A DNA stretch of 32,000 nt from Cereibacter sphaeroides 2.4.1 (lineage in GTDB: Bacteria; Pseudomonadota; Alphaproteobacteria; Rhodobacterales; Rhodobacteraceae). Where the stretch lies: positions 1 to 32,000 of the forward strand of contig NC_009008.1 in the NCBI RefSeq assembly GCF_000012905.2. Reading direction: 5' to 3'. A model generated the notes under the pieces. That model worked only from the letters and a program-made list of their open reading frames with translations, made no database searches and was not told the DNA's origin. Below, one piece after another: positions 1-8,413 of this stretch (the first letter of the stretch is position 1; the number at the start of each line of letters is the position of its first letter). Both the position numbers and the translations under genes were made by a program.

Positions 1-123
1 AGGGGCCTGCCCGACGGGCGGGCCTTTCGGGGCGCAGGACGGCTGTCCGGGGTCTCCCCGGCCGCCTGCCTTGGGAGAGCTGCCGGATCCCCTTTTTTCC
101 AGTCCCCTTACGGAGGTTTCCTC

Positions 124-564
124 ATGTGCCCCGCTTCGCGCCGTTCCCGGCCTGCCATCGACATGACCCTGATCGAGCGCCTGGACACGCTGGCCGGCGC
201 CGCCATCGCGCGGCTGCCCGATGTGGCCTATCCGCTGATCACCAAGCTGACATCCGCCCGCCTGCTGGCCCCCGCCCGCCTGCCGTCCGACGTCGTCACC
301 ATCGGCAGCGAGGTGCTCTATCACGACGATCAGGGCGCGCGGGACCGGCGCGTGACCCTGTCCTGGCCCGAAGATGCCGACATCAGCCGCCGATCCGTGT
401 CGATCCTGACCCCGGTGGGCGTGGCGCTGCTGGGCCTGTCGGCGGGCGACCGGTTCCAGTGGCAGACGCGGGCCGGAGAGCGGCGCAGCCTCACCGTGCT
501 GCAGGTCGGGTCGGAGCCGCGGCCCGGGACGACCCCGGCCGCGCCGCGGCCCGGGCTGTCCTGA
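124..564 (+). CDS. rnk: GreA/GreB-domain regulator, Rnk-like (nucleoside diphosphate kinase regulator family)
   Basis: ORF-track protein carries the Rnk/GreA C-terminal pattern (VTIGSEVLY...VTLSWPEDADISRRSVSILTPVGVALLGLSAGDRFQW...LTVLQV). SD GGAGG at 112-116 lies 7 nt before ATG 124. An alternative ATG at 163 has no SD. Confidence 0.75.
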   Translation: MCPASRRSRPAIDMTLIERLDTLAGAAIARLPDVAYPLITKLTSARLLAPARLPSDVVTIGSEVLYHDDQGARDRRVTLSWPEDADISRRSVSILTPVGVALLGLSAGDRFQWQTRAGERRSLTVLQVGSEPRPGTTPAAPRPGLS

Positions 565-585
565 GCGCCGGGACGGGAGCCTACC

Positions 586-1728
586 ATGTCGCATCGGAAG
601 ATCCCCCGCTACTGTGCCGGATGCGGCGCGGCCATTCCCCGGGCCGCCGCCGGACGCTGTCCCTTCTGCCGGGTCGAGTTCGCCCCGGCCGGGGGCGGCG
701 CCCGGCCCCCCTCGCCGGGGGGGGCCGGCGATCCCTATCGGCCGCCCTGCCGGACGCGGCGGGGCCGCGCCGCCTCTGCCCGCGGGGCGGCCATGATCCG
801 GCTGCGCCCGCTGATCGCGCCCGCGCTGCTGTTGCTCGGCATCGCCGGCATCACCTTCGCGCAGGCCGAGGCGGGCCGGCGCTTCGGCATCGCGCCGCTC
901 GGCCGGAATGGCCGGAACGCCCTGCAGATGGCGGCCTATCTCGGCCTCGCCTGGCTTCTCAGCCGGACCTTCGGCCAGCTGCTGGCCCGCCTGCGGCCGC
1001 AGAGCCGCCCGCTGCCGAAGCTGCTCGGCGATCTGGTCTCGGCCCTTCTGTTCCTGACGGCGATCGTCTCGGGGATCCTGCTCATCCTAGGCCACGGTGC
1101 CGGCAGCGCGCTGGCGGGGTCGGGGGTGGTGCTGGCCCTGTTCGGCTTCGCGATCCGCAATGTGGTGGCCGATACGCTCTCGGGGATCGCCTTGGGCCTC
1201 GAGGCGCCGTTCCGCATCGGCGACTGGGTCGATATCGAGGGGCTGGGCCGCGGCCGGGTGGTCGAGATCGGCTGGCGCACCACGCGGCTTCTGACGCGCG
1301 ACTCGACCTATGTGATCCTGCCCAACAGCCAGGTCTCGCGGCAACGCATCGTCAACTACAGCGCGCCCCGGTCCGAGTTCCGGGCGCAGATGGAGATCAA
1401 GCTGGGACATGCCACCCCGGCAGCCGAAGGGGCGGACCTCCTGCATAAGGCGCTGCGGGAGGCGCCGCTGATCCGCCAGTCGCCCGCGCCCGACGTGCGC
1501 ATCCAGGCCATCGAGCCCGATGGGGTGCGGTATGCGCTGCGCTACTGGCTGGGCCGGTTCGATCACGAATGGGAGTGCCGCGATGCGATCTGGCGCGAGG
1601 TGGATGCGGCACTCCGCCGGGCCGGGATCCCGCTGGCGCAGCCCCCCGTCGCCCTGCTCTGCGCCCGTGAGGGAGGCGCGACACCGGGGGCAGGGATGCC
1701 GGCCGGCGTCCCCGTCGCCCTGCGCTGA
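586..1728 (+). CDS. MscS-family mechanosensitive channel with N-terminal CxxC...CxxC zinc-ribbon extension
   Basis: MscS beta-domain signature IRNVVADTLSGIALGLEAPFRIGDWVDIEG..GRVVEIGWRTTRLLTRDSTYVILPNSQVSRQRIVNYS. N-terminus is YCAGCGAAIPRAAAGRCPFCRVEF. SD GGGAG before ATG 586. High GC3 through 586-792. An alternative internal start at 793 precedes a signal/TM-like segment. Confidence 0.8.
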   Translation: MSHRKIPRYCAGCGAAIPRAAAGRCPFCRVEFAPAGGGARPPSPGGAGDPYRPPCRTRRGRAASARGAAMIRLRPLIAPALLLLGIAGITFAQAEAGRRFGIAPLGRNGRNALQMAAYLGLAWLLSRTFGQLLARLRPQSRPLPKLLGDLVSALLFLTAIVSGILLILGHGAGSALAGSGVVLALFGFAIRNVVADTLSGIALGLEAPFRIGDWVDIEGLGRGRVVEIGWRTTRLLTRDSTYVILPNSQVSRQRIVNYSAPRSEFRAQMEIKLGHATPAAEGADLLHKALREAPLIRQSPAPDVRIQAIEPDGVRYALRYWLGRFDHEWECRDAIWREVDAALRRAGIPLAQPPVALLCAREGGATPGAGMPAGVPVALR

Positions 1729-2064
1729 CGCCCGGGCAGACGGGCCCGTCGGGGGGCGGCGGCAAGACATGCGACCGGACCTCCTTGGCTCCTGCCTCCT
1801 CGAGCGCGGCCTGCACCGCCTCGAGCGTCTACAGGACCCGCGCGTGCCGGTCGCCCCGGGCACCGATCCAGGTGGCCCCGCGCGAGGTCTCGCGCCGGAC
1901 GGCTTGGCATGGGCCCGCACATCGGCTAGGTCCGTCCCACTCGTCAGGACCCGGGTGCGATCCCCGGGTGGCTCCTCCGGCCGCCGATCCGCCGGACAAC
2001 CCACCAGCACCAGCAGGAACATCCGCCGGCGCGCAGGTCCGGGCCGGCGGGGAACGGGACATTC

Positions 2065-3555
2065 ATGATTTCATTCGCCACCTATCGCCAGCAATGGCTG
2101 GGCCATGTGCGGGGCGACCTGCTCTCGGGGCTCGTCGTGGCGCTGGCCCTCATTCCCGAGGCCATCGCCTTCTCGATCATCGCGGGCGTCGATCCGAAGG
2201 TCGGGCTCTATGCCTCCTTCTCGATCGCCGTCGTCACCGCCATCGCGGGCGGACGGCCCGGGATGATCTCGGCCGCCACCGCGGCGACCGCCGTGCTGAT
2301 GGTGACCCTCGTGCGCGACCACGGGCTCCAGTATCTGCTGGCCGCCACCGTGCTTGCGGGGCTGATCCAGATCGCGCTCGGGCTCCTGAAGCTCGGCTTC
2401 GTCATGCGCTATGTCTCGCGCTCGGTGATGACGGGCTTCGTCAATGCGCTGGCGATCCTGATCTTCCTTGCGCAATTGCCCGAGCTCGACCCGCGGGCCG
2501 TGCCGCCGCTGACCTATCTCCTCGTGGCGGCAGGCCTGGCCATCATCTATCTCTTCCCGCGCCTCACCCGCGCCGTGCCCTCGCCGCTCGTCACCATCAT
2601 CGTGCTGACGGCGCTGACGCTCGGCCTCGGGCTCGACGTGCGGACGGTGGGCGACATGGGCGCGCTGCCCGACACGCTGCCCGTCTTCCTGATCCCGGAC
2701 ATTCCCCTGACCTTCGAGACGCTGCGGATCATCCTGCCCCCGGCCACAGCCGTGGCGGTGGTGGGGCTTCTGGAAAGCCTGATGACGCAGACCCTCGTCG
2801 ACGAGCTGACCGACACCCGCTCGAGCCGCAATCAGGAATGTATCGGGCAGGGGCTGGCCAACGCCGCCACCGGCTTCATCGGCGGCATGGCGGGCTGCGC
2901 CATGATCGGCCAGTCGATGATCAACGTGAAGTCGGGCGGGCGCGGGCGGCTGTCCTGCTTCGTGGCGGGCGTGTTCCTGCTGATCCTCGTCGTGGGGCTC
3001 GGCGATGTCGTCAGCCGGATCCCGATGGCCGCGCTCGTCGCCATCATGATCATGGTCTCGATCGGCACCTTCTCCTGGTCGTCCCTCAAGGCGCTGCGCA
3101 CCCATCCCCGGTCCTCCTCCGTGGTGATGCTGGCGACGGTGGCGACCGTGGTCTGGACCCACAATCTGGCCTTGGGCGTCCTCGTGGGCGTGCTGCTCTC
3201 GGGGATCTTCTTCGCCGCCAAGATTGCGCAGCTCTTCGCGGTCAGCTCCGAACTCTCGGCCTGCGGGCGCGCGCGGACCTACCGGGTCGAGGGCCAGCTC
3301 TTCTACGGCTCGGTCGAGGATTTCATGGCCGCCTTCGACTTCCGCGAGCCGCTCGAGCGCGTCACCATCGACGTGAGCCGCGCCCATATCTGGGACATCT
3401 CTTCGGTGCAGGCGCTGGACATGGCGGTGCTGAAGTTCCGCCGCGAGGGGGCCGAGGTGCGGATCGTGGGCATGAACGAGGCCTCCGAGACTCTCGTCGA
3501 CCGGCTGGCCCTGCACGACAGGCCGGGGGCCCTGGACCGGCTCACGGCCCATTGA
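2065..3555 (+). CDS. SulP-family anion (sulfate/bicarbonate-type) transporter with C-terminal STAS domain
   Basis: 496 aa. N-terminus [35 protein letters not shown] is the SulP signature. Many TM segments. The C-terminal [15 protein letters not shown]...[20 protein letters not shown] is STAS-like. Confidence 0.9.
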   Translation: MISFATYRQQWLGHVRGDLLSGLVVALALIPEAIAFSIIAGVDPKVGLYASFSIAVVTAIAGGRPGMISAATAATAVLMVTLVRDHGLQYLLAATVLAGLIQIALGLLKLGFVMRYVSRSVMTGFVNALAILIFLAQLPELDPRAVPPLTYLLVAAGLAIIYLFPRLTRAVPSPLVTIIVLTALTLGLGLDVRTVGDMGALPDTLPVFLIPDIPLTFETLRIILPPATAVAVVGLLESLMTQTLVDELTDTRSSRNQECIGQGLANAATGFIGGMAGCAMIGQSMINVKSGGRGRLSCFVAGVFLLILVVGLGDVVSRIPMAALVAIMIMVSIGTFSWSSLKALRTHPRSSSVVMLATVATVVWTHNLALGVLVGVLLSGIFFAAKIAQLFAVSSELSACGRARTYRVEGQLFYGSVEDFMAAFDFREPLERVTIDVSRAHIWDISSVQALDMAVLKFRREGAEVRIVGMNEASETLVDRLALHDRPGALDRLTAH

Positions 3556-3568
3556 GAGGGAGGACGAC

Positions 3569-4414
3569 ATGACCGACAGGATCATGGCACTGGTGGACGG
3601 CTCGGGCTTCTCGCGCAGCGTCTGCCTTCATGCGGCCTGGCTCGCGCAGAGGCTGGAGCTTCCGGTGGACCTGCTGCATGTGCTGGGCCGCCGCGAGGCC
3701 GCCGATCGGGGCGATCTGTCGGGCGCGCTGCAGCTCGGCGCCCGCACCGCCCTGCTCGAGGAACTGGCCGCGCTCGATGCCGAGCGGGCGCGGCTCGCGC
3801 AGGCGCAGGGGCGGGCGATCCTCGAGGATGCGCAGGCGATCCTGGCCGCCGAGAGCGTGGAGACCACGCCCCATCTGCGGCAGGGAGACCTGATCGACAC
3901 GGTGGCCGGGTTCGAGCGCTCGGGGCGGGCGCTGGTGGTTGGCAAGCGCGGCAGGGCCGCGGGCTTCGCCAGCGCCCATCTCGGCTCCAATCTCGAGCGC
4001 CTCCTGCGCGCCTCGAAGCTGCCGGTCCTCATCGTGCCCGCGGACTGCCGGCCGGTGCGCAAGGTGCTGGTGGCCCATGACGGCGGCAGAAGCGCCCGCG
4101 GGGCGATCGAGCGGATGGCGGCAAGCCCGGTCTTCCGCGGCCTTGCGATCACGCTGGCCTGCGCGGGCGGCGAGGAGGCCCGCGCGACGCTCGAGCGCGC
4201 CCGCGGCACGCTGCTGGCCGCGGGGCTGGCGGCCGAGACCTGCCTCCTGTCCGGCGCGCCCGAGGTGGCGCTCGAGCGGAAGATCGAGGCCGAGGGCTTC
4301 GACCTTCTGGTGATGGGCGCCTATGGCCACAGCCGCATCCGCACCCTGATCATCGGCTCGACCACCACCGCCCTGATCCGCGCCTGCACGGTCCCGATGC
4401 TCGTCTACCGCTGA
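3569..4414 (+). CDS. Universal stress protein, tandem UspA domains
   Basis: 281 aa with two Usp-like halves. C-terminal motif DLLVMGAYGHSRIRTLIIGSTTTALIRACTVPMLVYR. SD GAGGGAGG upstream of ATG 3569. Confidence 0.85.
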   Translation: MTDRIMALVDGSGFSRSVCLHAAWLAQRLELPVDLLHVLGRREAADRGDLSGALQLGARTALLEELAALDAERARLAQAQGRAILEDAQAILAAESVETTPHLRQGDLIDTVAGFERSGRALVVGKRGRAAGFASAHLGSNLERLLRASKLPVLIVPADCRPVRKVLVAHDGGRSARGAIERMAASPVFRGLAITLACAGGEEARATLERARGTLLAAGLAAETCLLSGAPEVALERKIEAEGFDLLVMGAYGHSRIRTLIIGSTTTALIRACTVPMLVYR

Positions 4415-4428
4415 CCGGGGCGCGACAG

Positions 4429-4457
4429 GGCGGCCTGCCGTTTCTCGGCGGGCCGCC
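4429..4457. terminator. GC-rich hairpin between convergent usp and DMT genes (possible bidirectional terminator)
   Basis: ggcggcctgccg (4429-4440) pairs with cggcgggccgcc (4446-4457): 12 bp with one G-U pair, loop tttct. There is no clear U-tract on either strand. Confidence 0.3.
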
Positions 4458-4531
4458 GGTCAGGCGCTCCCGGCCTTTCAAGCCATCGACCCGAAGAGGC
4501 TCCTATCCCGGAAAGAGGCGGGCCCGCCGGC

Positions 4532-5002
4532 CTACCCGGCCATCAGTCTGGACAGGCTCGGCCACTGGAACACCAGCACGCCGCCCATCACCGTCGCGGC
4601 CCCCAGCACCCGCCACAGATCCAGTGGCTTCCCCGCCAGCCCCATCAGTCCGAACCTGTCGATCAGGAGCGAGGTGAGGAGCTGCCCCGCGACAACCGCG
4701 ATCATGAAGCCCGCGGCACCCATCGTCGGCATCAGGAGGATCGCGCCGGTGACGTAGACTATCCCCACCAGCCCGCCGATCCAGATCCAGGATGGCTGCG
4801 CCAGGGCCATGCCCAGATCCGGCACGGGCACCCGCATGGCCAGCAGCACCGGCAGGATGCAGATCAGGCTGACCAGCAATGAGGCAACCGCAGCCCAGAG
4901 GGGATGCCCCAGCGCACGGCCGAGCGCGGCATTGGCGCCGCCCTGAAGCGGCACGAGCGCACCCGAGACGAGCGCGAGGCAGGACAGGACAAGCAGGGGC
5001 AT
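4532..5002 (-). CDS. DMT-superfamily small membrane protein (YdcZ/DUF606-like)
   Basis: Only the last 156 aa of the 459-aa track ORF look real: MPLLVLSCLALVSGALVPLQGGANAALGRALGHP...VAGQLLTSLLIDRFGLMGLAGKPL..., with 5 TM-like segments. ATG at 5002-5000. The upstream part of the track ORF is the antisense shadow of the LysR gene. Confidence 0.7.
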   Translation of the reverse strand: MPLLVLSCLALVSGALVPLQGGANAALGRALGHPLWAAVASLLVSLICILPVLLAMRVPVPDLGMALAQPSWIWIGGLVGIVYVTGAILLMPTMGAAGFMIAVVAGQLLTSLLIDRFGLMGLAGKPLDLWRVLGAATVMGGVLVFQWPSLSRLMAG

Positions 5003-5047
5003 TCCGATCTCCTTTTCTCTGCCGCCGGTATAGGCCCCGCATCGGAT

Positions 5048-5060
5048 GAATTTGAAATTC
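5048..5060. promoter_or_regulatory. AT-rich perfect palindrome GAATTTgAAATTC in the DMT/LysR divergent intergenic region (candidate LysR-type site)
   Basis: gaattt-g-aaattc read directly. It is 18 nt upstream of the LysR ATG and stands out against G+C-rich flanks. LysR boxes are typically AT-rich dyads (T-N11-A). Confidence 0.35.
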
Positions 5061-5077
5061 GACCTTGCTTCCCTATC

Positions 5078-6004
5078 ATGCAGCATATGAATAATCTTCG
5101 TGCGGTCGATCTGAACCTTCTTGTCGTGCTGGATGCCCTTCTGGCGGAGCGCCATCTGTCGCGGGCGGCGGCTCGGCTGAACATGAGCCAGCCTGCGGTC
5201 AGCCATGCGCTCGCCCGGCTGCGGCATCTGCTGGGCGATCCGCTGTTCCGGCGCGAGGGCGGTCGGATGGTGCCCACGCTGCGCGCGCAGGCGCTGGCCC
5301 CGCCGCTGGCCGAGGCTCTTGCGCAGATCCGCAGCGTGCTCGGGCCCGATGCGTTTGACCCGGCCGCGCCGCATGTGTTTCGCCTGACCATGTCGGATTA
5401 CGGCGCGGGGCTGGTGTTGCCGGGCCTGATGCGGCAGCTGCGCCGGATCGCACCGGAGATCCGGCTGGTGGTCACCCAGAAGAGCCGGGAGGCGATGATC
5501 GAGGCCGTGAGCGAAGGCGAGGCCGATCTTGCGCTCGGCGTCTTTCCCGGGCTGCCGCCGCAGCTCGAGGCGGAGCTCTTGCTGACCGACCGCTATATAT
5601 GCCTGCTGGACCCGGCCCATCAGCCCGTCCGGTCCGGCGGCCTGACTGCGGAAGCCTTCTGGTCGGCTCCGCATGCCCATGTGGCGGTGCAGGGTGACTT
5701 CACCACGGAAATCGATCTGCATCTGAAGGATCGGGGCGGTCCCCGGCGCCTTGCGCTGATCCTGCCGCACTGGAGCATCGCACCCAAGGTCATCGCCGGC
5801 ACGGATCTGATCCTGACCGTTGCCAGCCGTGCCGTGCCCGCAGCGCCGGAGCCGCTGATTGTCACGGCGCCCCCCGTTCCGTTGCCTCCGATCCCGTTCA
5901 GCGCGATCCACGCCAGACGCCGCAAGGCCGATCCGGCGCTCAGATGGCTGATCGCCCGGCTGCGGGAGGTCGTTGGCGAAGAGGCGGGAACCGCCGTGGC
6001 ATGA
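5078..6004 (+). CDS. LysR-family transcriptional regulator
   Basis: From ATG 5078, in frame with track ORF 4904..6004: MQHMNNLRAVDLNLLVVLDALLAERHLSRAAARLNMSQPAVSHALARLRHLLGDPLFRR is the canonical LysR wHTH. 308 aa, divergent from the DMT gene. Confidence 0.9.
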   Translation: MQHMNNLRAVDLNLLVVLDALLAERHLSRAAARLNMSQPAVSHALARLRHLLGDPLFRREGGRMVPTLRAQALAPPLAEALAQIRSVLGPDAFDPAAPHVFRLTMSDYGAGLVLPGLMRQLRRIAPEIRLVVTQKSREAMIEAVSEGEADLALGVFPGLPPQLEAELLLTDRYICLLDPAHQPVRSGGLTAEAFWSAPHAHVAVQGDFTTEIDLHLKDRGGPRRLALILPHWSIAPKVIAGTDLILTVASRAVPAAPEPLIVTAPPVPLPPIPFSAIHARRRKADPALRWLIARLREVVGEEAGTAVA

Positions 6005-6164
6005 GCCGCGAAGAAGGCCCCGAACTCACGCCGAAGACGAGCTCGGCCGCGATCAGCGTCCGCCAGGCGAAGGCCCAGCCGATCTTGAGGCCGGTCAGGA
6101 TGCTCGGGAAGGCCGCCGGGATCAGGATCTTGGTGATGAAGCCCCAGCCCTTCAGCCCGTAGTT
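6005..6164 (-). pseudogene. Internal fragment of an ABC-transporter permease (TauC/SsuC-like binding-protein-dependent transport permease)
   Basis: My reverse translation gives NYGLKGWGFITKILIPAAFPSILTGLKIGWAFAWRTLIAAELVFGVSSG. There is no start, no N-terminal half and no proper C-terminus. It is shorter than 60 aa, so it is absent from the ORF track. Confidence 0.6.
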
Positions 6165-6640
6165 ATGTCGTCCTGCCGCCCCCGCGCCACGAGGGCCGGA
6201 TAAGCGCGGGCTCGCCCTTCGCGCAGCTCCAGAAGGCGGGAATGCCGACTGCCATCATGGCCGACATTCAGCGCCAGAGAAACGAGGATGCCCGGGAAGC
6301 CGTGCTCCATGCCATCCGCGGCGAGGTGGCGCGGGCGTGGCTCGGATTGCACAGCTCCGTGCGCGAGCGGACCGGGATTGTGGTTCTGACCAACCGCGTC
6401 CGGGGGAAGTGAATGCCGCGATCCGCGACGAGCTGAAGGGGGAACATCGGCTCGGCGCTCAGGATGTAACGGTCGCCAGTCTCACGCCGCTCTCGCTCAC
6501 CCGCGCCGAAGCGCGCGAGGCGGCCAGCTACAAGGCTGGTGATGTGGTGATCTCGGTGCGCAGCGTAGAGGGGTTGGAGCGGGACAAACTCTACCGGGTT
6601 ACATCCACCCTGGTCAACCTCGTCTCAAGGAGAGCTGCAG
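6165..6640 (+). pseudogene. Fragment of a conjugative relaxase/helicase (TraI/TrwC/TraA-type), frameshifted
   Basis: Frame 1 reads ...RISAGSPFAQLQKAGMPTAIMADIQRQRNEDAREAVLHAIRGEVARAW...TGIVVLTNRVRGK-stop. Frame 2 continues EVNAAIRDELKGEHRLGAQDVTVASLTPLSLTRAEAREAASYKAGDVVISVRSVEGLERDKLYRV. This matches the helicase-domain pattern of TraI/TrwC (AGxPFxxLQ, IxRQ, LTxAExRxxxxYxxGDVV). The frame switch sits in the G5 run at 6402-6406. No N- or C-terminal portions are present. Confidence 0.5.
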
Positions 6641-6827
6641 CCCGATCAGCAAGGCCTGCACTCTCTGTTCGCCCGCGCGAGGACAGTCAACTGAGCGGGC
6701 GGAGATTGGGCGTCCTATCGGACCATGCACGGCTGCGACATAACCGGCTCGGCGAGAAGGGCGGGGCGCCCGCGGCGCCGGGACGAGAGGGTATCATGGC
6801 TCCGGTCACCTCCGCTTGCGGACGGAA

Positions 6828-7247
6828 CTAGAGCCGTGGACCGGCAACGCCGGGGTCACGCCCAGATCCCTCGAGGCCAATACCGCGCGGGTTCTCTCCG
6901 GGCAATCCGGCGAGGTAAGCCGCGACCTGCGACCGCGACCGCGATATATCGGCGAGCCTGCGATCGAGCTTTGCCAGTTCATCCGTGAGGCGGGCGCGCA
7001 GCCGCTCGCAAGGATGGAACGTCGGCTCGGGGCTGATGATGCAGGGCAGCAGGTCGCGCATTGCCTCGACCGTGAGCCCGGCCTCGGCCAGCTGTCGGAT
7101 CATGCAAGCCTGCTCCAGATCGGCCGGGCCATAGTCGCGGTAGCCGCTTCCCGTCCGATGCGGACGCAGAAGCCCTTCCGCCTCGTAGAAGCGTAGCATT
7201 CGGACGCTGATGCCACTGCGGTCGGATACATCGCCGATCTTCACCAC
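6828..7247 (-). CDS. MerR-family transcriptional regulator
   Basis: V(V)KIGDVSDRSGISVRMLRFYEAEGLLRPHRTGSGYRDYGPADLEQACMIRQLAEAGLTVEAMRDLL is a MerR HTH plus coiled coil. SD AAGGAG (7256-7251) precedes tandem GTG codons at 7247 and 7244. The rest of the 290-aa track ORF is the antisense shadow of the hydrolase gene. Confidence 0.8.
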   Translation of the reverse strand: MVKIGDVSDRSGISVRMLRFYEAEGLLRPHRTGSGYRDYGPADLEQACMIRQLAEAGLTVEAMRDLLPCIISPEPTFHPCERLRARLTDELAKLDRRLADISRSRSQVAAYLAGLPGENPRGIGLEGSGRDPGVAGPRL

Positions 7248-7264
7248 GCTCTCCTTCTTGGGAC

Positions 7265-7295
7265 TTGACCCTGACAACGGTGTCAGAGTGCAAAA
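7265..7295 (+). promoter_or_regulatory. MerR-type promoter/operator: TTGACC, 18-19 nt spacer containing dyad CTGACA-acgg-TGTCAG, then (T)GCAAA(A)
   Basis: Read directly: TTGACC 7265-7270, ctgaca 7271-7276, tgtcag 7281-7286. The over-long spacer with a centred dyad between a regulator and a divergent target gene is the MerR-family hallmark. The -10 element is weak. Confidence 0.45.
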
Positions 7296-7328
7296 GGAGT
7301 GCCGACACATCAAGTCGGAGAAGAAGCA

Positions 7329-8117
7329 ATGTCGAAGATCGAACATGTCCATCACAAGGGCGCGCGTGTGGGCTATCGTGACGACGGGGAAGGCAAGCCG
7401 CTCATCCTCGTCCACGGGACCGGGGGAGACGGCGAGGCCAACTTTGATGGCCTTCTGCCGCATCTGTCGCGGCGGCGCGTGCTGCGGCCAGACTATGCCG
7501 GATCCGGACTCACAGTGGATGCCGCCGAAGTGCTGACGGTCGATCATCTGGTGCATCAGGTCATCGCCACCGTGGACCATGCGGGGATCGACAGTTTCGA
7601 TCTGGCAGGCTTTTCTCTCGGCTCTGCCGTCGCGGTCCGGCTCGCCGCCCTGCATCCCGGGAGGGTCGACAGGCTCGTGCTGATTGGAGGGTTCATTCAC
7701 GCGGCCGACCCGCGCTCACGTCTGCAGTTCAAGCTCTGGGCGGACCTCGCCCGGAAAGATCCTGCCACCCTTGCGCGGCTCATGATGCTGACCGGTTTCA
7801 GCTACGCCTTCCTGTCGGCGATCACCGACTTGGATTCGGTGATCGCCGGCATGGTATCGGGCGGCAACTGGGAGGGAGTTGCGCGACAGGCGGAGCTGGA
7901 TCTGCGAGTTGATGTCTCTCGTGAGCTCGGCCGTGTCAAAGCTCCAACCCTCGTGATCGGCAACCGGTGCGATCAGATGGTGGATCCGGCGGCTTCGATC
8001 GCGCTCGCTGCGGGCATAGCGGATGCCACCCTCGCTTGGCTTGAGGGGCCGCATCTTGCGTTGATGGAACGACCGGACGTCGCGGCGGACCTTTTGATGC
8101 GTCATCTGGCTGACTGA
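7329..8117 (+). CDS. Alpha/beta-fold hydrolase
   Basis: MSKIEHVHHKGARVGYRDDGEGKPLILVHGTGGDGEANF... with nucleophile elbow LAGFSLGSAV and C-terminal GPHLALMERPD (His motif). ATG 7329 is in frame with the track ORF. Confidence 0.85.
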   Translation: MSKIEHVHHKGARVGYRDDGEGKPLILVHGTGGDGEANFDGLLPHLSRRRVLRPDYAGSGLTVDAAEVLTVDHLVHQVIATVDHAGIDSFDLAGFSLGSAVAVRLAALHPGRVDRLVLIGGFIHAADPRSRLQFKLWADLARKDPATLARLMMLTGFSYAFLSAITDLDSVIAGMVSGGNWEGVARQAELDLRVDVSRELGRVKAPTLVIGNRCDQMVDPAASIALAAGIADATLAWLEGPHLALMERPDVAADLLMRHLAD

Positions 8118-8119
8118 GC

Positions 8120-8299
8120 TCACCGCCTCGAGGGGCGCTGCAGCCCGATGGGCGAGGGCCGCGCTCTCAGCTCACGCGCGGGAGGATCGTCACCCGAAAG
8201 CCCGACACATCGGCCGACCTCCGATAGCGGGGTGCGGGCGTTTTCCTGAAGCGCTTCGAGGATTGCGCTGTCAAGGCGGTCGAGCTCACTGGTCGGCAT
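8120..8299 (-). pseudogene. Truncated Lrp/AsnC-family regulator (N-terminal HTH only, 59 codons)
   Basis: My translation gives MPTSELDRLDSAILEALQENARTPLSEVGRCVGLSGDDPPARELRARPSPIGLQRPSRR-stop. The first ~35 aa match the Lrp/AsnC HTH (LDxxDxxILxxLQxNARxxxxEvGxxVGLS). The remainder diverges and no ligand-binding domain follows. Confidence 0.5.
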
Positions 8300-8413
8300 G
8301 TTCCACCACGGATTCCGTTAACTCATCGGAAGTGTGCCAAAAACGCCGATGAATTGCCATTCCCGGCATGCGTTCGGCAAGGGACACTCTAGAAAGGACA
8401 TCAGGAGATTAGC

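Noticed and set aside
126-1448. 440-aa plus-strand ORF overlapping the rnk and mscS genes, and the 595-aa ORF at 1785-3572 overlapping sulP
   Set aside because: These are off-frame reads (extreme Arg/Pro/Gly/Ala content) of regions where another frame gives clean Rnk, MscS and SulP sequences.
4517-4528. Palindrome ggcgggcccgcc just after the DMT stop as an intrinsic terminator
   Set aside because: With a minimal loop it leaves only a 4-bp stem. The following tctttcc tract is suggestive but the structure is too short to call.
6631-8150. Shared 13-mer gctgcagcccgat at ~6633-6645 and ~8137-8149, considered as direct repeats bounding the MerR-hydrolase cassette
   Set aside because: A 13-nt G+C-rich match is expected several times by chance in 32 kb of this composition. 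There is no extended similarity on either side.
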